Shown piece by piece: positions 36,501 to 51,500 of a stretch of DNA of 64,000 nucleotides. The notes under the pieces were generated by a model that was given only the letters and a program-made list of their open reading frames with translations, did no database searches and was not told the DNA's origin. Made by a program: the position numbers and the translations under genes. Source of the stretch: Eledone cirrhosa (taxonomy: Eukaryota); contig OZ024741.1 in NCBI GenBank assembly GCA_964016885.1, positions 71,610,001-71,674,000 of the forward strand. Direction: 5' to 3'. Each line of letters begins with the position of its first letter. Positions within the stretch are counted from its first letter, which is position 1.

Positions 36501-39500
36501 TACTGTGTTGAGACTGAATTAATTATACTGTGGAAGAGTCATTTTAGTCACAGTTGTACTGTGTTGAGACTGAATCAATTATATTGTGGAAGAGTCATTT
36601 TAGTCACAGTTGTACTGTGTTGAGACTGAATCAATTATATTGTGGAAGAGTCATTTTAGTCACAGTTGTACTGTGTTGAGACTGAATCAATTATATTGTG
36701 GAAGAGTCATTTTAGTCACAGTTGTACTGTGTTGAGACTGAATCAATTATATTGTGGAAGAGTCATTTTAGTCACAGTTGTACTGTGTTGAGACTGAATC
36801 AATTATATTGTGGAAGAGTCATTTTAGTCACAGTTGTACTGTGTTGAGACTGAATCAATTATATTGTGGAAGAGTCATTTTAGTCACAGTTGTACTGTGT
36901 TGAGACTGAATCAATTATATTGCGGAAGAGTCATTTTAGTCACAGTTGTACTGTGTTGAGACTGAATTAACTATATTGTGGAAGAGTCATTTTAGTCACA
37001 GTTGTACTGTGTTGAGACTGAATCAATTATATTGTGGAAGAGTCATTTTAGTCACAGTTGTACTGTGTTGAGACTGAATCAATTATATTGTGGAAGAGTC
37101 ATTTTAGTCACAGTTGTACTGTGTTGAGACTGAATCAATTATATTGTGGAAGAGTCATTTTAGTCACAGTTGTACTGTGTTGAGACTGAATCAATTATAT
37201 TGTGGAAGAGTCATTTTAGTCACAGTTGTACTGTGTTGAGATTGAATCAATTATATTGTGGAAGAGTCATTTTAGTCAGAGTTGTACTGTGTTGAGACTG
37301 AATCAATTATATTGTGGAAGAGTCATTTTAGTCACAGTTGTACTGTGTTGAGACTGAAGTAATTATATTGTGGAAGAGTAATTTTACTCACAGTTGTACT
37401 GTGTTGAGACTGAATCAATTATATTGTGGAAGAGTCATTTTAGTCACAGTTGTACTGTGTTGAGACTGAATTAACTATATTGTGGAAGAGTAATTTTACT
37501 CACAGTTGTACTGTGTTGAGACTGAATCAATTATATTGTGGAAGAGTGATTTTAGTCACAGTTGTACTGTGTTGAGACTGAATCAATTATATTGTGGAAG
37601 AGTCATTTTAGTCACAGTTGTACTGTGTTGAGACTGAATCAATTATATTGTGGAAGAGTCATTTTAGTCACAGTTGTACTGTGTTGAGACTGAATCAATT
37701 ATATTGTGGAAGAGTCATTTTAGTCACAGTTGTACTGTGTTGAGACTGAATTAAATATATTGTGGAAGAGTAATTCTACTCACAGTTGTACTGTGTTGAG
37801 ACTGAATCAATTATATTGTGGAAGAGTAATTTTAGTCACAGTCGTACTGTGTTGAGACTGAATCAATTATATTGCGGAAGAGTCATTTTAGTCACAGTTG
37901 TACTGTGTTGAGACTGGAGCGGTTATAATGTGGAAGAGTCATTTTAGTCACAGTTGTACTGTGTTGAGACTGAATCAATTATATTGTGGAAGAGTCATTT
38001 TAGTCACAGTTGTACTGTGTTGAGACTGAATCAATTATATTGTGGAAGAGTCATTTTAGTCAGAGTTGTACTGTGTTGAGACTGAATCAATTATATTGTG
38101 GAAGAGTCATTTTAGTTGTACTGTGTTGAAACTGAATCAATTATATTGTGGAAGAGTCATTTTAGTCACAGTTGTACTGTGTTGAGACTGAATCAATTAT
38201 ATTGTGGAAGAGTCATTTTAGTCAGAGTTGTACTGTGTTGAGACTGAATCAATTATATTGTGGAAGAGTCATTTTAGTTGTACTGTGTTGAAACTGAATC
38301 AATTATATTGTGGAAGAGTCATTTTAGCCACAGTTGTACTGTGTTGAGACTGAATCAATTATATTGTGGAAGAGTCATTTTAGACACAGTTGTACTGTGT
38401 TGAGACTGAATCAATTATATTGTGGAAGAGTCATTTTAGTCACAGTTGTACTGTGTTGAGACTGAATCAATTATATTGTGGAAGAGTCATTTTAGTCACA
38501 GTCGTACTGTGTTGAGACTGAATCAATTATATTGTGGAAGAGTCATTTTAGTCACAGTTGTACTGTGTTGAGACTGAATCAATTATATTGTGGAAGAGTC
38601 ATTTTAGTCACAGTTGTACTGTGTTGAGACTGAATTAATTATATTTTGGAAGAGTCATTTTAGTCACAGTTGTACTGTGTTGAGACTGAATTAATTATAT
38701 TGTGGAAGAGTCATTTTAGTCACAGTTGTACTGTGTTGAGACTGAATTAATTATATTGTGGAAGAGTCATTTTAGTCACAGTTGTACTGTGTTGAGACTG
38801 AATCAATTATATTGTGGAAGAGTCATTTTAGTCACAGTTGTACTTTGTTGAGACTGAATTAATTATATTTTGGAAGAGTCATTTTAGTCACAGTTGTACT
38901 GTGTTGAGACTGAATCAATTATATTGTGGAAGAGTCATTTTAGTCACAGTTGTACTGTGTTGAGACTGAAGCGGTTATATTGTGGAAGAGTCATTTTAGT
39001 CACAGTTGTACTGTGTTGGGACTGAATCAATTATATTGTGGAAGAGTCATTTTAGTCACAGTTGTACTGTGTTGAGACTGAATTAATTATACTGTGGAAG
39101 AGTCATTTTAGTCACAGTTGTACTGTGTTGAGACTGAATCAATTATATTGTGGAAGAGTCATTTTAGTCAGAGTTGTACTGTGTTGAGACTGAATCAATT
39201 ATATTGTGGAAGAGTCATTTTAGTTGTACTGTGTTGAAACTGAATCAATTATATTGTGGAAGAGTCATTTTAGCCACAGTTGTACTGTGTTGAGACTGAA
39301 TCAATTATATTGTGGAAGAGTCATTTTAGACACAGTTGTACTGTGTTGAGACTGAATCAATTATATTGTGGAAGAGTCATTTTAGTCACAGTTGTACTGT
39401 GTTGAGACTGAATCAATTATATTGTGGAAGAGTCATTTTAGTCACAGTCGTACTGTGTTGAGACTGAATCAATTATATTGTGGAAGAGTCATTTTAGTCA

Positions 39501-42500
39501 CAGTTGTACTGTGTTGAGACTGAATCAATTATATTGTGGAAGAGTCATTTTAGTCACAGTTGTACTGTGTTGAGACTGAATTAATTATATTTTGGAAGAG
39601 TCATTTTAGTCACAGTTGTACTGTGTTGAGACTGAATTAATTATATTGTGGAAGAGTCATTTTAGTCACAGTTGTACTGTGTTGAGACTGAATTAATTAT
39701 ATTGTGGAAGAGTCATTTTAGTCACAGTTGTACTGTGTTGAGACTGAATCAATTATATTGTGGAAGAGTCATTTTAGTCACAGTTGTACTTTGTTGAGAC
39801 TGAATTAATTATATTTTGGAAGAGTCATTTTAGTCACAGTTGTACTGTGTTGAGACTGAATCAATTATATTGTGGAAGAGTCATTTTAGTCACAGTTGTA
39901 CTGTGTTGAGACTGAAGCGGTTATATTGTGGAAGAGTCATTTTAGTCACAGTTGTACTGTGTTGGGACTGAATCAATTATATTGTGGAAGAGTCATTTTA
40001 GTCACAGTTGTACTGTGTTGAGACTGAATTAATTATACTGTGGAAGAGTCATTTTAGTCACAGTTGTACTGTGTTGAGACTGAATCAATTATATTGTGGA
40101 AGAGTCATTTTAGTCACAGTTGTACTGTGTTGAGACTGAATCAATTATATTGTGGAAGAGTCATTTTAGTCACAGTTGTACTGTGTTGAGACTGAAGCGG
40201 TTATATTGTGGAAGAGTCATTTTAGTCACAGTTGGACTGTTGAGACTGAATCAATTATATTGTGGAAGAGTCATTTTAGTCACAGTTGTACTGTGTTGAG
40301 ACTGAATCAATTATATTGTGGAAGAGTCATTTTACTCACAGTTGTACTGTGTTGAGACTGAATCAATTATATTGTGGAAGAGTCATTTTAGTCACAGTTG
40401 TACTGTGTTGAGACTGAATCAATTATATTGTGGAAGAGTCATTTTAGTCACAGTTGTACTGTGTTGAGACTGAATCAATTATACTGTGGAAGGTCATTTT
40501 AGTCACAGTTGTACTGTGTTGAGACTGAATCAATTATATTGTGGAAGAGTCATTTTAGTCACAGTTGTACTGTGTTGAGACTGAATCAATTATACTGTGG
40601 AAGAGTCATTTTAGTCACAGTTGTACTGTGTTGAGACTGAATTAATTATACTGTGGAAGAGTCATTTTAGTCACAGTTGTACTGTGTTGAGACTGAATCA
40701 ATTATATTGTGGAAGAGTCATTTTAGTCACAGTTGTACTGTGTTGAGACTGAATCAATTATATTGCGGAAGAGTCATTTTAGTCACAGTTGTACTGTGTT
40801 GAGACTGAATCAATTATATTGTGGAAGAGTCATTTTAGTCAGAGTTGTACTGTGTTGAGACTGAATCAATTATATTGTGGAAGAGTCATTTTAGTTGTAC
40901 TGTGTTGAAACTGAATCAATTATATTGTGGAAGAGTCATTCTAGTGACAGTTGTACTGTGTTGAGACTGAATCAATTATATTGTGGAAGAGTCATTTTAG
41001 TCAGAGTTGTACTGTGTTGAGACTGAATCAATTATATTGTGGAAGAGTCATTTTAGTTGTACTGTGTTGAAACTGAATCAATTATATTGTGGAAGAGTCA
41101 TTTTAGCCACAGTTGTACTGTGTTGAGACTGAATCAATTATATTGTGGAAGAGTCATTTTAGACACAGTTGTACTGTGTTGAGACTGAATCAATTATATT
41201 GTGGAAGAGTCATTTTAGTCACAGTTGTACTGTGTTGAGACTGAATCAATTATATTGTGGAAGAGTCATTTTAGTCACAGTTGTACTGTGTTGAGACTGA
41301 ATCAATTATATTGTGGAAGAGTCATTTTAGTCACAGTTGTACTGTGTTGAGACTGAATCAATTATATTGTGGAAGAGTCATTTTAGTCACAGTTGTACTG
41401 TGTTGAGACTGAATTAATTATATTTTGGAAGAGTCATTTTAGTCACAGTTGTACTGTGTTGAGACTGAATTAATTATATTGTGGAAGAGTCATTTTAGTC
41501 ACAGTTGTACTGTGTTGAGACCGAATTAATTATATTGTGGAAGAGTCATTTTAGTCACAGTTGTACTGTGTTGAGACTGAATCAATTATATTGTGGAAGA
41601 GTCATTTTAGTCACAGTTGTACTTTGTTGAGACTGAATTAATTATATTTTGGAAGAGTCATTTTAGTCACAGTTGTACTGTGTTGAGACTGAATCAATTA
41701 TATTGTGGAAGAGTCATTTTAGTCACAGTTGTACTGTGTTGAGACTGAAGCGGTTATATTGTGGAAGAGTCATTTTAGTCACAGTTGTACTGTGTTGGGA
41801 CTGAATCAATTATATTGTGGAAGAGTCATTTTAGTCACAGTTGTACTGTGTTGAGACTGAATTAATTATACTGTGGAAGAGTCATTTTAGTCACAGTTGT
41901 ACTGTGTTGAGACTGAATCAATTATATTGTGGAAGAGTCATTTTAGTCACAGTTGTACTGTGTTGAGACTGAATCAATTATATTGTGGAAGAGTCATTTT
42001 AGTCACAGTTGTACTGTGTTGAGACTGAAGCGGTTATATTGTGGAAGAATCATTTTAGTCACAGTTGGACTGTTGAGACTGAATCAATTATATTGTGGAA
42101 GAGTCATTTTAGTCACAGTTGTACTGTGTTGAGACTGAATCAATTATATTGCGGAAGAGTCATTTTACTCACAGTTGTACTGTGTTGAGACTGAATCAAT
42201 TATATTGTGGAAGAGTCATTTTAGTCACAGTTGTACTGTGTTGAGACTGAATCAATTATATTGTGGAAGAGTCATTTTAGTCACAGTTGTACTGTGTTGA
42301 GACTGAATCAATTATACTGTGGAAGGTCATTTTAGTCACAGTTGTACTGTGTTGAGACTGAATCAATTATATTGTGGAAGAGTCATTTTAGTCACAGTTG
42401 TACTGTGTTGAGACTGAATCAATTATACTGTGGAAGAGTCATTTTAGTCACAGTTGTACTGTGTTGAGACTGAATTAATTATACTGTGGAAGAGTCATTT

Positions 42501-45500
42501 TAGTCACAGTTGTACTGTGTTGAGACTGAATCAATTATATTGTGGAAGAGTCATTTTAGTCACAGTTGTACTGTGTTGAGACTGAATCAATTATATTGTG
42601 GAAGAGTCATTTTAGTCACAGTTGTACTGTGTTGAGACTGAATCAATTATATTGTGGAAGAGTCATTTTAGTCACAGTTGTACTGTGTTGAGACTGAATC
42701 AATTATATTGTGGAAGAGTCATTTTAGTCACAGTTGTACTGTGTTGAGACTGAATCAATTATATTGTGGAAGAGTCATTTTAGTCACAGTTGTACTGTGT
42801 TGAGACTGAATCAATTATATTGTGGAAGAGTCATTTTAGTCACAGCTGTACTGTGTTGAGACTGAATAAATTATACTGTGGAAGAGTAATTTTAGTCACA
42901 GTTGTACTGTGTTGAGACTGAATTAATTATACTGTGGAAGAGTCATTTTAGTCACAGTTGTACTGTGTTGAGACTGAATCAATTATATTGTGGAAGAGTC
43001 ATTTTAGTCACAGTTGTACTGTGTTGAGACTGAATCAATTATATTGTGGAAGAGTCATTTTAGTCACAGTTGTACTGTGTTGAGACTGAATCAATTATAT
43101 TGTGGAAGAGTCATTTTAGTCACAGTTGTACTGTGTTGAGATTGAATCAATTATATTGTGGAAGAGTCATTTTAGTTGTACTGTGTTGAGACTGAATCAA
43201 TTATATTGTGGAAGAGTCATTTTAGTCACAGTTGTACTGTGTTGAGACTGAATCAATTATATTGTGGAAGAGTCATTTTAGTCACAGTTGTACTGTGTTG
43301 AGACTGAATCAATTATATTGTGGAAGAGTCATTTTAGTCACAGTTGTACTGTGTTGAGACTGAATCAATTATATTGCGGAAGAGTCATTTTAGTCACAGT
43401 TGTACTGTGTTGAGACTGAATTAACTATATTGTGGAAGAGTCATTTTAGTCACAGTTGTACTGTGTTGAGACTGAATCAATTATATTGTGGAAGAGTCAT
43501 TTTAGTCACAGTTGTACTGTGTTGAGACTGAATCAATTATATTGTGGAAGAGTCATTTTAGTCACAGTTGTACTGTGTTGAGACTGAATCAATTATATTG
43601 TGGAAGAGTCATTTTAGTCACAGTTGTACTGTGTTGAGACTGAATCAATTATATTGTGGAAGAGTCATTTTAGTCACAGTTGTACTGTGTTGAGACTGAA
43701 GTAATTATATTGTGGAAGAGTAATTTTACTCACAGTTGTACTGTGTTGAGACTGAATCAATTATATTGTGGAAGAGTCATTTTAGTCACAGTTGTACTGT
43801 GTTGAGACTGAATTAACTATATTGTGGAAGAGTAATTTTACTCACAGTTGTACTGTGTTGAGACTGAATCAATTATATTGTGGAAGAGTGATTTTAGTCA
43901 CAGTTGTACTGTGTTGAGACTGAATCAATTATATTGTGGAAGAGTCATTTTAGTCACAGTTGTACTGTGTTGAGACTGAATCAATTATATTGTGGAAGAG
44001 TCATTTTAGTCACAGTTGTACTGTGTTGAGACTGAATCAATTATATTGTGGAAGAGTCATTTTAGTCACAGTTGTACTGTGTTGAGACTGAATTAAATAT
44101 ATTGTGGAAGAGTAATTCTACTCACAGTTGTACTGTGTTGAGACTGAATCAATTATATTGTGGAAGAGTAATTTTAGTCACAGTTGTACTGTGTTGAGAC
44201 TGAATCAATTATATTGCGGAAGAGTCATTTTAGTCACAGTTGTACTGTGTTGAGACTGGAGCGGTTATAATGTGGAAGAGTCATTTTAGTCACAGTTGTA
44301 CTGTGTTGAGACTGAATCAATTATATTGTGGAAGAGTCATTTTAGTCACAGTTGTACTGTGTTGAGACTGAATCAATTATATTGTGGAAGAGTCATTTTA
44401 GTCAGAGTTGTACTGTGTTGAGACTGAATCAATTATATTGTGGAAGAGTCATTTTAGTTGTACTGTGTTGAAACTGAATCAATTATATTGTGGAAGAGTC
44501 ATTTTAGTCACAGTTGTACTGTGTTGAGACTGAATCAATTATATTGTGGAAGAGTCATTTTAGTCAGAGTTGTACTGTGTTGAGACTGAATCAATTATAT
44601 TGTGGAAGAGTCATTTTAGTTGTACTGTGTTGAAACTGAATCAATTATATTGTGGAAGAGTCATTTTAGCCACAGTTGTACTGTGTTGAGACTGAATCAA
44701 TTATATTGTGGAAGAGTCATTTTAGACACAGTTGTACTGTGTTGAGACTGAATCAATTATATTGTGGAAGAGTCATTTTAGTCACAGTTGTACTGTGTTG
44801 AGACTGAATCAATTATATTGTGGAAGAGTCATTTTAGTCACAGTTGTACTGTGTTGAGACTGAATCAATTATATTGTGGAAGAGTCATTTTAGTCACAGT
44901 TGTACTGTGTTGAGACTGAATCAATTATATTGTGGAAGAGTCATTTTAGTCACAGTTGTACTGTGTTGAGACTGAATTAATTATATTTTGGAAGAGTCAT
45001 TTTAGTCACAGTTGTACTGTGTTGAGACTGAATTAATTATATTGTGGAAGAGTCATTTTAGTCACAGTTGTACTGTGTTGAGACTGAATTAATTATATTG
45101 TGGAAGAGTCATTTTAGTCACAGTTGTACTGTGTTGAGACTGAATCAATTATATTGTGGAAGAGTCATTTTAGTCACAGTTGTACTTTGTTGAGACTGAA
45201 TTAATTATATTTTGGAAGAGTCATTTTAGTCACAGTTGTACTGTGTTGAGACTGAATCAATTATATTGTGGAAGAGTCATTTTAGTCACAGTTGTACTGT
45301 GTTGAGACTGAAGCGGTTATATTGTGGAAGAGTCATTTTAGTCACAGTTGTACTGTGTTGGGACTGAATCAATTATATTGTGGAAGAGTCATTTTAGTCA
45401 CAGTTGTACTGTGTTGAGATTGAATTAATTATACTGTGGAAGAGTCATTTTAGTCACAGTCGTACTGTGTTGAGACTGAATCAATTATATTGTGGAAGAG

Positions 45501-48500
45501 TCATTTTAGTCACAGTTTAACTGTGTTGAGACTGAATCAATTATATTGTGGAAGAGTCATTTTAGTCACAGTTGTACTGTGTTGAGACTGAAGCGGTTAT
45601 ATTGTGCAAGAGTCATTTTAGTCACAGTTGGACTGTTGAGACTGAATCAATTATATTGTGGAAGAGTCATTTTAGTCACAGTTGTACTGTGTTGAGACTG
45701 AATCAATTATATTGTGGAAGAGTCATTTTACTCACAGTTGTACTGTGTTGAGACTGAATCAATTATATTGTGGAAGAGTCATTTTAGTCACAGTTGTACT
45801 GTGTTGAGACTGAATCAATTATATTGTGGAAGAGTCATTTTAGTCACAGTTGTACTGTGTTGAGACTGAATCAATTATACTGTGGAAGAGTCATTTCAGT
45901 CACAGTTGTACTGTGTTGAGACTGAATCAATTATATTGTGGAAGAGTCATTTTAGTCACAGCTGTACTGTGTTGAGACTGAATCAATTATACTGTGGAAG
46001 AGTCATTTTAGTCACAGTTGTACTGTGTTGAGACTGAATTAATTATACTGTGGAAGAGTCATTTTAGTCACAGTTGTACTGTGTTGAGACTGAATCAATT
46101 ATATTGTGGAAGAGTCATTTTAGTCACAGTTGTACTGTGTTGAGACTGAATCAATTATATTGTGGAAGAGTCATTTTAGTCACAGTTGTACTGTGTTGAG
46201 ACTGAATCAATTATATTGTGGAAGAGTAATTTTAGTCACAGTTGTACTGTGTTGAGACTGAATCAATTATATTGTGGAAGAGTCATTTTAGTCACAGTTG
46301 TACTGTGTTGAGACTGAATCAATTATATTGTGGAAGAGTCATTTTAGTCACAGTTGTACTGTGTTGAGACTGAATCAATTATATTGTGGAAGAGTCATTT
46401 TAGTCACAGCTGTACTGTGTTGAGACTGAATCAATTATACTGTGGAAGAGTAATTTTAGTCACAGTTGTACTGTGTTGAGACTGAATCAATTATATTGTG
46501 GAAGAGTCATTTTAGTCACAGTTGTACTGTGTTGAGACTGAAGTAATTATATTGTGGAAGAGTAATTTTAGTCACAGTTGTACTGTGTTGAGACTGAAGT
46601 AATTATATTGTGGAAGAGTAATTTTACTCACAGTTGTACTGTGTTGAGACTGAATCAATTATATTGTGGAAGAGTCATTTTAGTCACAGTTGTACTGTGT
46701 TGAGACTGAATCAATTATATTGTGGAAGAGTCATTTTAGTCACAGTTGTACTGTGTTGAGACTGAATCAATTATATTGTGGAAGAGTCATTTTAGTCACA
46801 GTTGTACTGTGTTGAGACTGAAGTAATTATATTGTGGAAGAGTAATTTTACTCACAGTTGTACTGTGTTGAGACTGAATCAATTATATTGTGGAAGAGTC
46901 ATTTTAGTCACAGTTGTACTGTGTTGAGACTGAATTAACTATATTGTGGAAGAGTAATTTTACTCACAGTTGTACTGTGTTGAGACTGAATCAATTATAT
47001 TGTTGAAGAGTCATTTTAGTCACAGTTGTACTGTGTTGAGACTGAATCAATTATATTGTGGAAGAGTCATTTTAGTCACAGTTGTACTGTGTTGAGACTG
47101 AATCAATTATATTGTGGAAGAGTCATTTTAGTCACAGTTGTACTGTGTTGAGACTGAATCAATTATATTGTGGAAGAGTCATTTTAGTCACAGTTGTACT
47201 GTGTTGAGACTGAATTAAATATATTGTGGAAGAGTAATTCTACTCACAGTTGTACTGTGTTGAGACTGAATCAATTATATTGTGGAAGAGTAATTTTAGT
47301 CACAGTTGTACTGTGTTGAGACTGAATCAATTATATTGCGGAAGAGTCATTTTAGTCACAGTTGTACTGTGTTGAGACTGGAGCGGTTATAATGTGGAAG
47401 AGTCATTTTAGTCACAGTTGTACTGTGTTGAGACTGAATCAATTATATTGTGGAAGAGTCATTTTAGTCACAGTTGTACTGTGTTGAGACTGAATCAATT
47501 ATATTGTGGAAGAGTCATTTTAGTCAGAGTTGTACTGTGTTGAGACTGAATCAATTATATTGTGGAAGAGTCATTTTAGTTGTACTGTGTTGAAACTGAA
47601 TCAATTATATTGTGGAAGAGTCATTTTAGTCACAGTTGTACTGTGTTGAGACTGAATCAATTATATTGTGGAAGAGTCATTTTAGTCAGAGTTGTACTGT
47701 GTTGAGACTGAATCAATTATATTGTGGAAGAGTCATTTTAGTTGTACTGTGTTGAAACTGAATCAATTATATTGTGGAAGAGTCATTTTAGCCACAGTTG
47801 TACTGTGTTGAGACTGAATCAATTATATTGTGGAAGAGTCATTTTAGACACAGTTGTACTGTGTTGAGACTGAATCAATTATATTGTGGAAGAGTCATTT
47901 TAGTCACAGTTGTACTGTGTTGAGACTGAATCAATTATATTGTGGAAGAGTCATTTTAGTCACAGTTGTACTGTGTTGAGACTGAATCAATTATATTGTG
48001 GAAGAGTCATTTTAGTCACAGTTGTACTGTGTTGAGACTGAATCAATTATATTGTGGAAGAGTCATTTTAGTCACAGTTGTACTGTGTTGAGACTGAATT
48101 AATTATATTTTGGAAGAGTCATTTTAGTCACAGTTGTACTGTGTTGAGACTGAATTAATTATATTGTGGAAGAGTCATTTTAGTCACAGTTGTACTGTTT
48201 TGAGACTGAATTAATTATATTATGGAAGAGTCATTTTAGTCACAGTTGTACTGTGTTGAGACTGAATCAATTATATTGTGGAAGAGTCATTTTAGTCACA
48301 GTTGTACTTTGTTGAGACTGAATTAATTATATTTTGGAAGAGTCATTTTAGTCACAGTTGTACTGTGTTGAGACTGAATCAATTATATTGTGGAAGAGTC
48401 ATTTTAGTCACAGTTGTACTGTGTTGAGACTGAAGCGGTTATATTGTGGAAGAGTCATTTTAGTCACAGTTGTACTGTGTTGGGACTGAATCAATTATAT

Positions 48501-51500
48501 TGTGGAAGAGTCATTTTAGTCACAGTTGTACTGTGTTGAGACTGAATTAATTATACTGTGGAAGAGTCATTTTAGTCACAGTTGTACTGTGTTGAGACTG
48601 AATCAATTATATTGTGGAAGAGTCATTTTAGTCACAGTTGTACTGTGTTGAGACTGAATCAATTATATTGTGGAAGAGTCATTTTAGTCACAGTTGTACT
48701 GTGTTGAGACTGAAGCGGTTATATTGTGGAAGAGTCATTTTAGTCACAGTTGGACTGTTGAGACTGAATCAATTATATTGTGGAAGAGTCATTTTAGTCA
48801 CAGTTGTACTGTGTTGAGACTGAATCAATTATATTGTGGAAGAGTCATTTTACTCACAGTTGTACTGTGTTGAGACTGAATCAATTATATTGTGGAAGAG
48901 TCATTTTAGTCACAGTTGTACTGTGTTGAGACTGAATCAATTATATTGTGGAAGAGTCATTTTAGTCACAGTTGTACTGTGTTGAGACTGAATCAATTAT
49001 ACTGTGGAAGAGTCATTTTAGTCACAGTTGTACTGTGTTGAGACTGAATCAATTATATTGTGGAAGAGTCATTTTAGTCACAGTTGTACTGTGTTGAGAC
49101 TGAATCAATTATACTGTGGAAGAGTCATTTTAGTCAAAGTTGTACTGTGTTGAGACTGAATTAATTATACTGTGGAAGAGTAATTTTAGTCACAGTTGTA
49201 CTGTGTTGAGACTGAATCAATTATATTGTGGAAGAGTCATTTTAGTCACAGTTGTACTGTGTTGAGACTGAATCAATTATATTGTGGAAGAGTCATTTTA
49301 GTCACAGTTGTACTGTGTTGAGACTGAATCAATTATATTGTGGAAGAGTCATTTTAGTCACAGTTGTACTGTGTTGAGACTGAATCAATTATATTGTGGA
49401 AGAGTCATTTTAGTCACAGTTGTACTGTGTTGAGACTGAATCAATTATATTGTGGAAGAGTCATTTTAGTCACAGTTGTACTGTGTTGAGACTGAATCAA
49501 TTATATTGTGGAAGAGTCATTTTAGTCACAGCTGTACTGTGTTGAGACTGAATCAATTATACTGTGGAAGAGTAATTTTAGTCACAGTTGTACTGTGTTG
49601 AGACTGAATTAATTATACTGTGGAAGAGTCATTTTAGTCACAGTTGTACTGTGTTGAGACTGAATCAATTATATTGTGGAAGAGTCATTTTAGTCACAGT
49701 TGTACTGTGTTGAGACTGAATCAATTATATTGTGGAAGAGTCATTTTAGTCACAGTTGTACTGTGTTGAGACTGAATCAATTATATTGTGGAAGAGTCAT
49801 TTTAGTCACAGTTGTACTGTGTTGAGATTGAATCAATTATATTGTGGAAGAGTCATTTTAGTTGTACTGTGTTGAGACTGAATCAATTATATTGTGGAAG
49901 AGTCATTTTAGTCACAGTTGTACTGTGTTGAGACTGAATCAATTATATTGTGGAAGAGTCATTTTAGTCACAGTTGTACTGTGTTGAGACTGAATCAATT
50001 ATATTGTGGAAGAGTCATTTTAGTCACAGTTGTACTGTGTTGAGACTGAATCAATTATATTGCGGAAGAGTCATTTTAGTCACAGTTGTACTGTGTTGAG
50101 ACTGAATTAACTATATTGTGGAAGAGTCATTTTAGTCACAGTTGTACTGTGTTGAGACTGAATCAATTATATTGTGGAAGAGTCATTTTAGTCACAGTTG
50201 TACTGTGTTGAGACTGAATCAATTATATTGTGGAAGAGTCATTTTAGTCACAGTTGTACTGTGTTGAGACTGAATCAATTATATTGTGGAAGAGTCATTT
50301 TAGTCACAGTTGTACTGTGTTGAGACTGAATTAAATATATTGTGGAAGAGTAATTCTACTCACAGTTGTACTGTGTTGAGACTGAATCAATTATATTGTG
50401 GAAGAGTAATTTTAGTCACAGTTGTACTGTGTTGAGACTGAATCAATTATATTGAGGAAGAGTCATTTTAGTCACAGTTGTACTGTGTTGAGACTGGAGC
50501 GGTTATAATGTGGAAGAGTCATTTTAGTCACAGTTGTACTGTGTTGAGACTGAATCAATTATATTGTGGAAGAGTCATTTTAGTCACAGTTGTACTGTGT
50601 TGAGACTGAATCAATTATATTGTGGAAGAGTCATTTTAGTCACAGTTGTACTGTGTTGAGACTGAATCAATTATATTGTGGAAGAGTAATTTTAATCACA
50701 GTTGTACTGTGTTGAGACTGAATCAATTATATTGTGGAAGAGTCATTTTAGTCACAGTTGTACTGTGTTGAGACTGAATCAATTATATTGTGGAAGAGTC
50801 ATTTTAATCACAGTTGTACTGTGTTGAGACTAAATCAATTATATTGTGGAAGAGTCATTTTAGTCACAGTTGTACTGTGTTGAGACTGAATCAATTATAT
50901 TGTGGAAGAGTCATTTTAGTCACAGTTGTACTGTGTTGAGACTGAATTAACTATATTGTGGAAGAGTAATTTTACTCACAGTTGTACTGTGTTGAGACTG
51001 AATCAATTATATTGTGGAAGAGTCATTTTAGTCACAGTTGTACTGTGTTGAGACTGAATCAATTATATTGTGGAAGAGTCATTTTAGTCACAGTTGTACT
51101 GTGTTGAGACTAAATCAATGATATTGTGGAAGAGTCATTTTAGTCACAGTTGTACTGTGTTGAGACTGAATCAATTATATTGTGGAAGAGTAATTTTAAT
51201 CACAGTTGTACTGTGTTGAGACTGAATCAATTATACTGTGGAAGAGTCATTTTAGTCACAGTTGTACTGTGTTGAGCCTGAATCAATTATACTGTGGAAG
51301 AGTCATTTTAGTCACAGTTGTACTGTGTTGAGACTGAATCAATTATATTGTGGAAGAGTCATTTTAGTCAGAGTTGTACTGTGTTGAGACTGAATCAATT
51401 ATATTGTGGAAGAGTCATTTTAGTTGTACTGTGTTGAAACTGAATCAATTATATTGTGGAAGAGTCATTCTAGTGACAGTTGTACTGTGTTGAGACTGAA

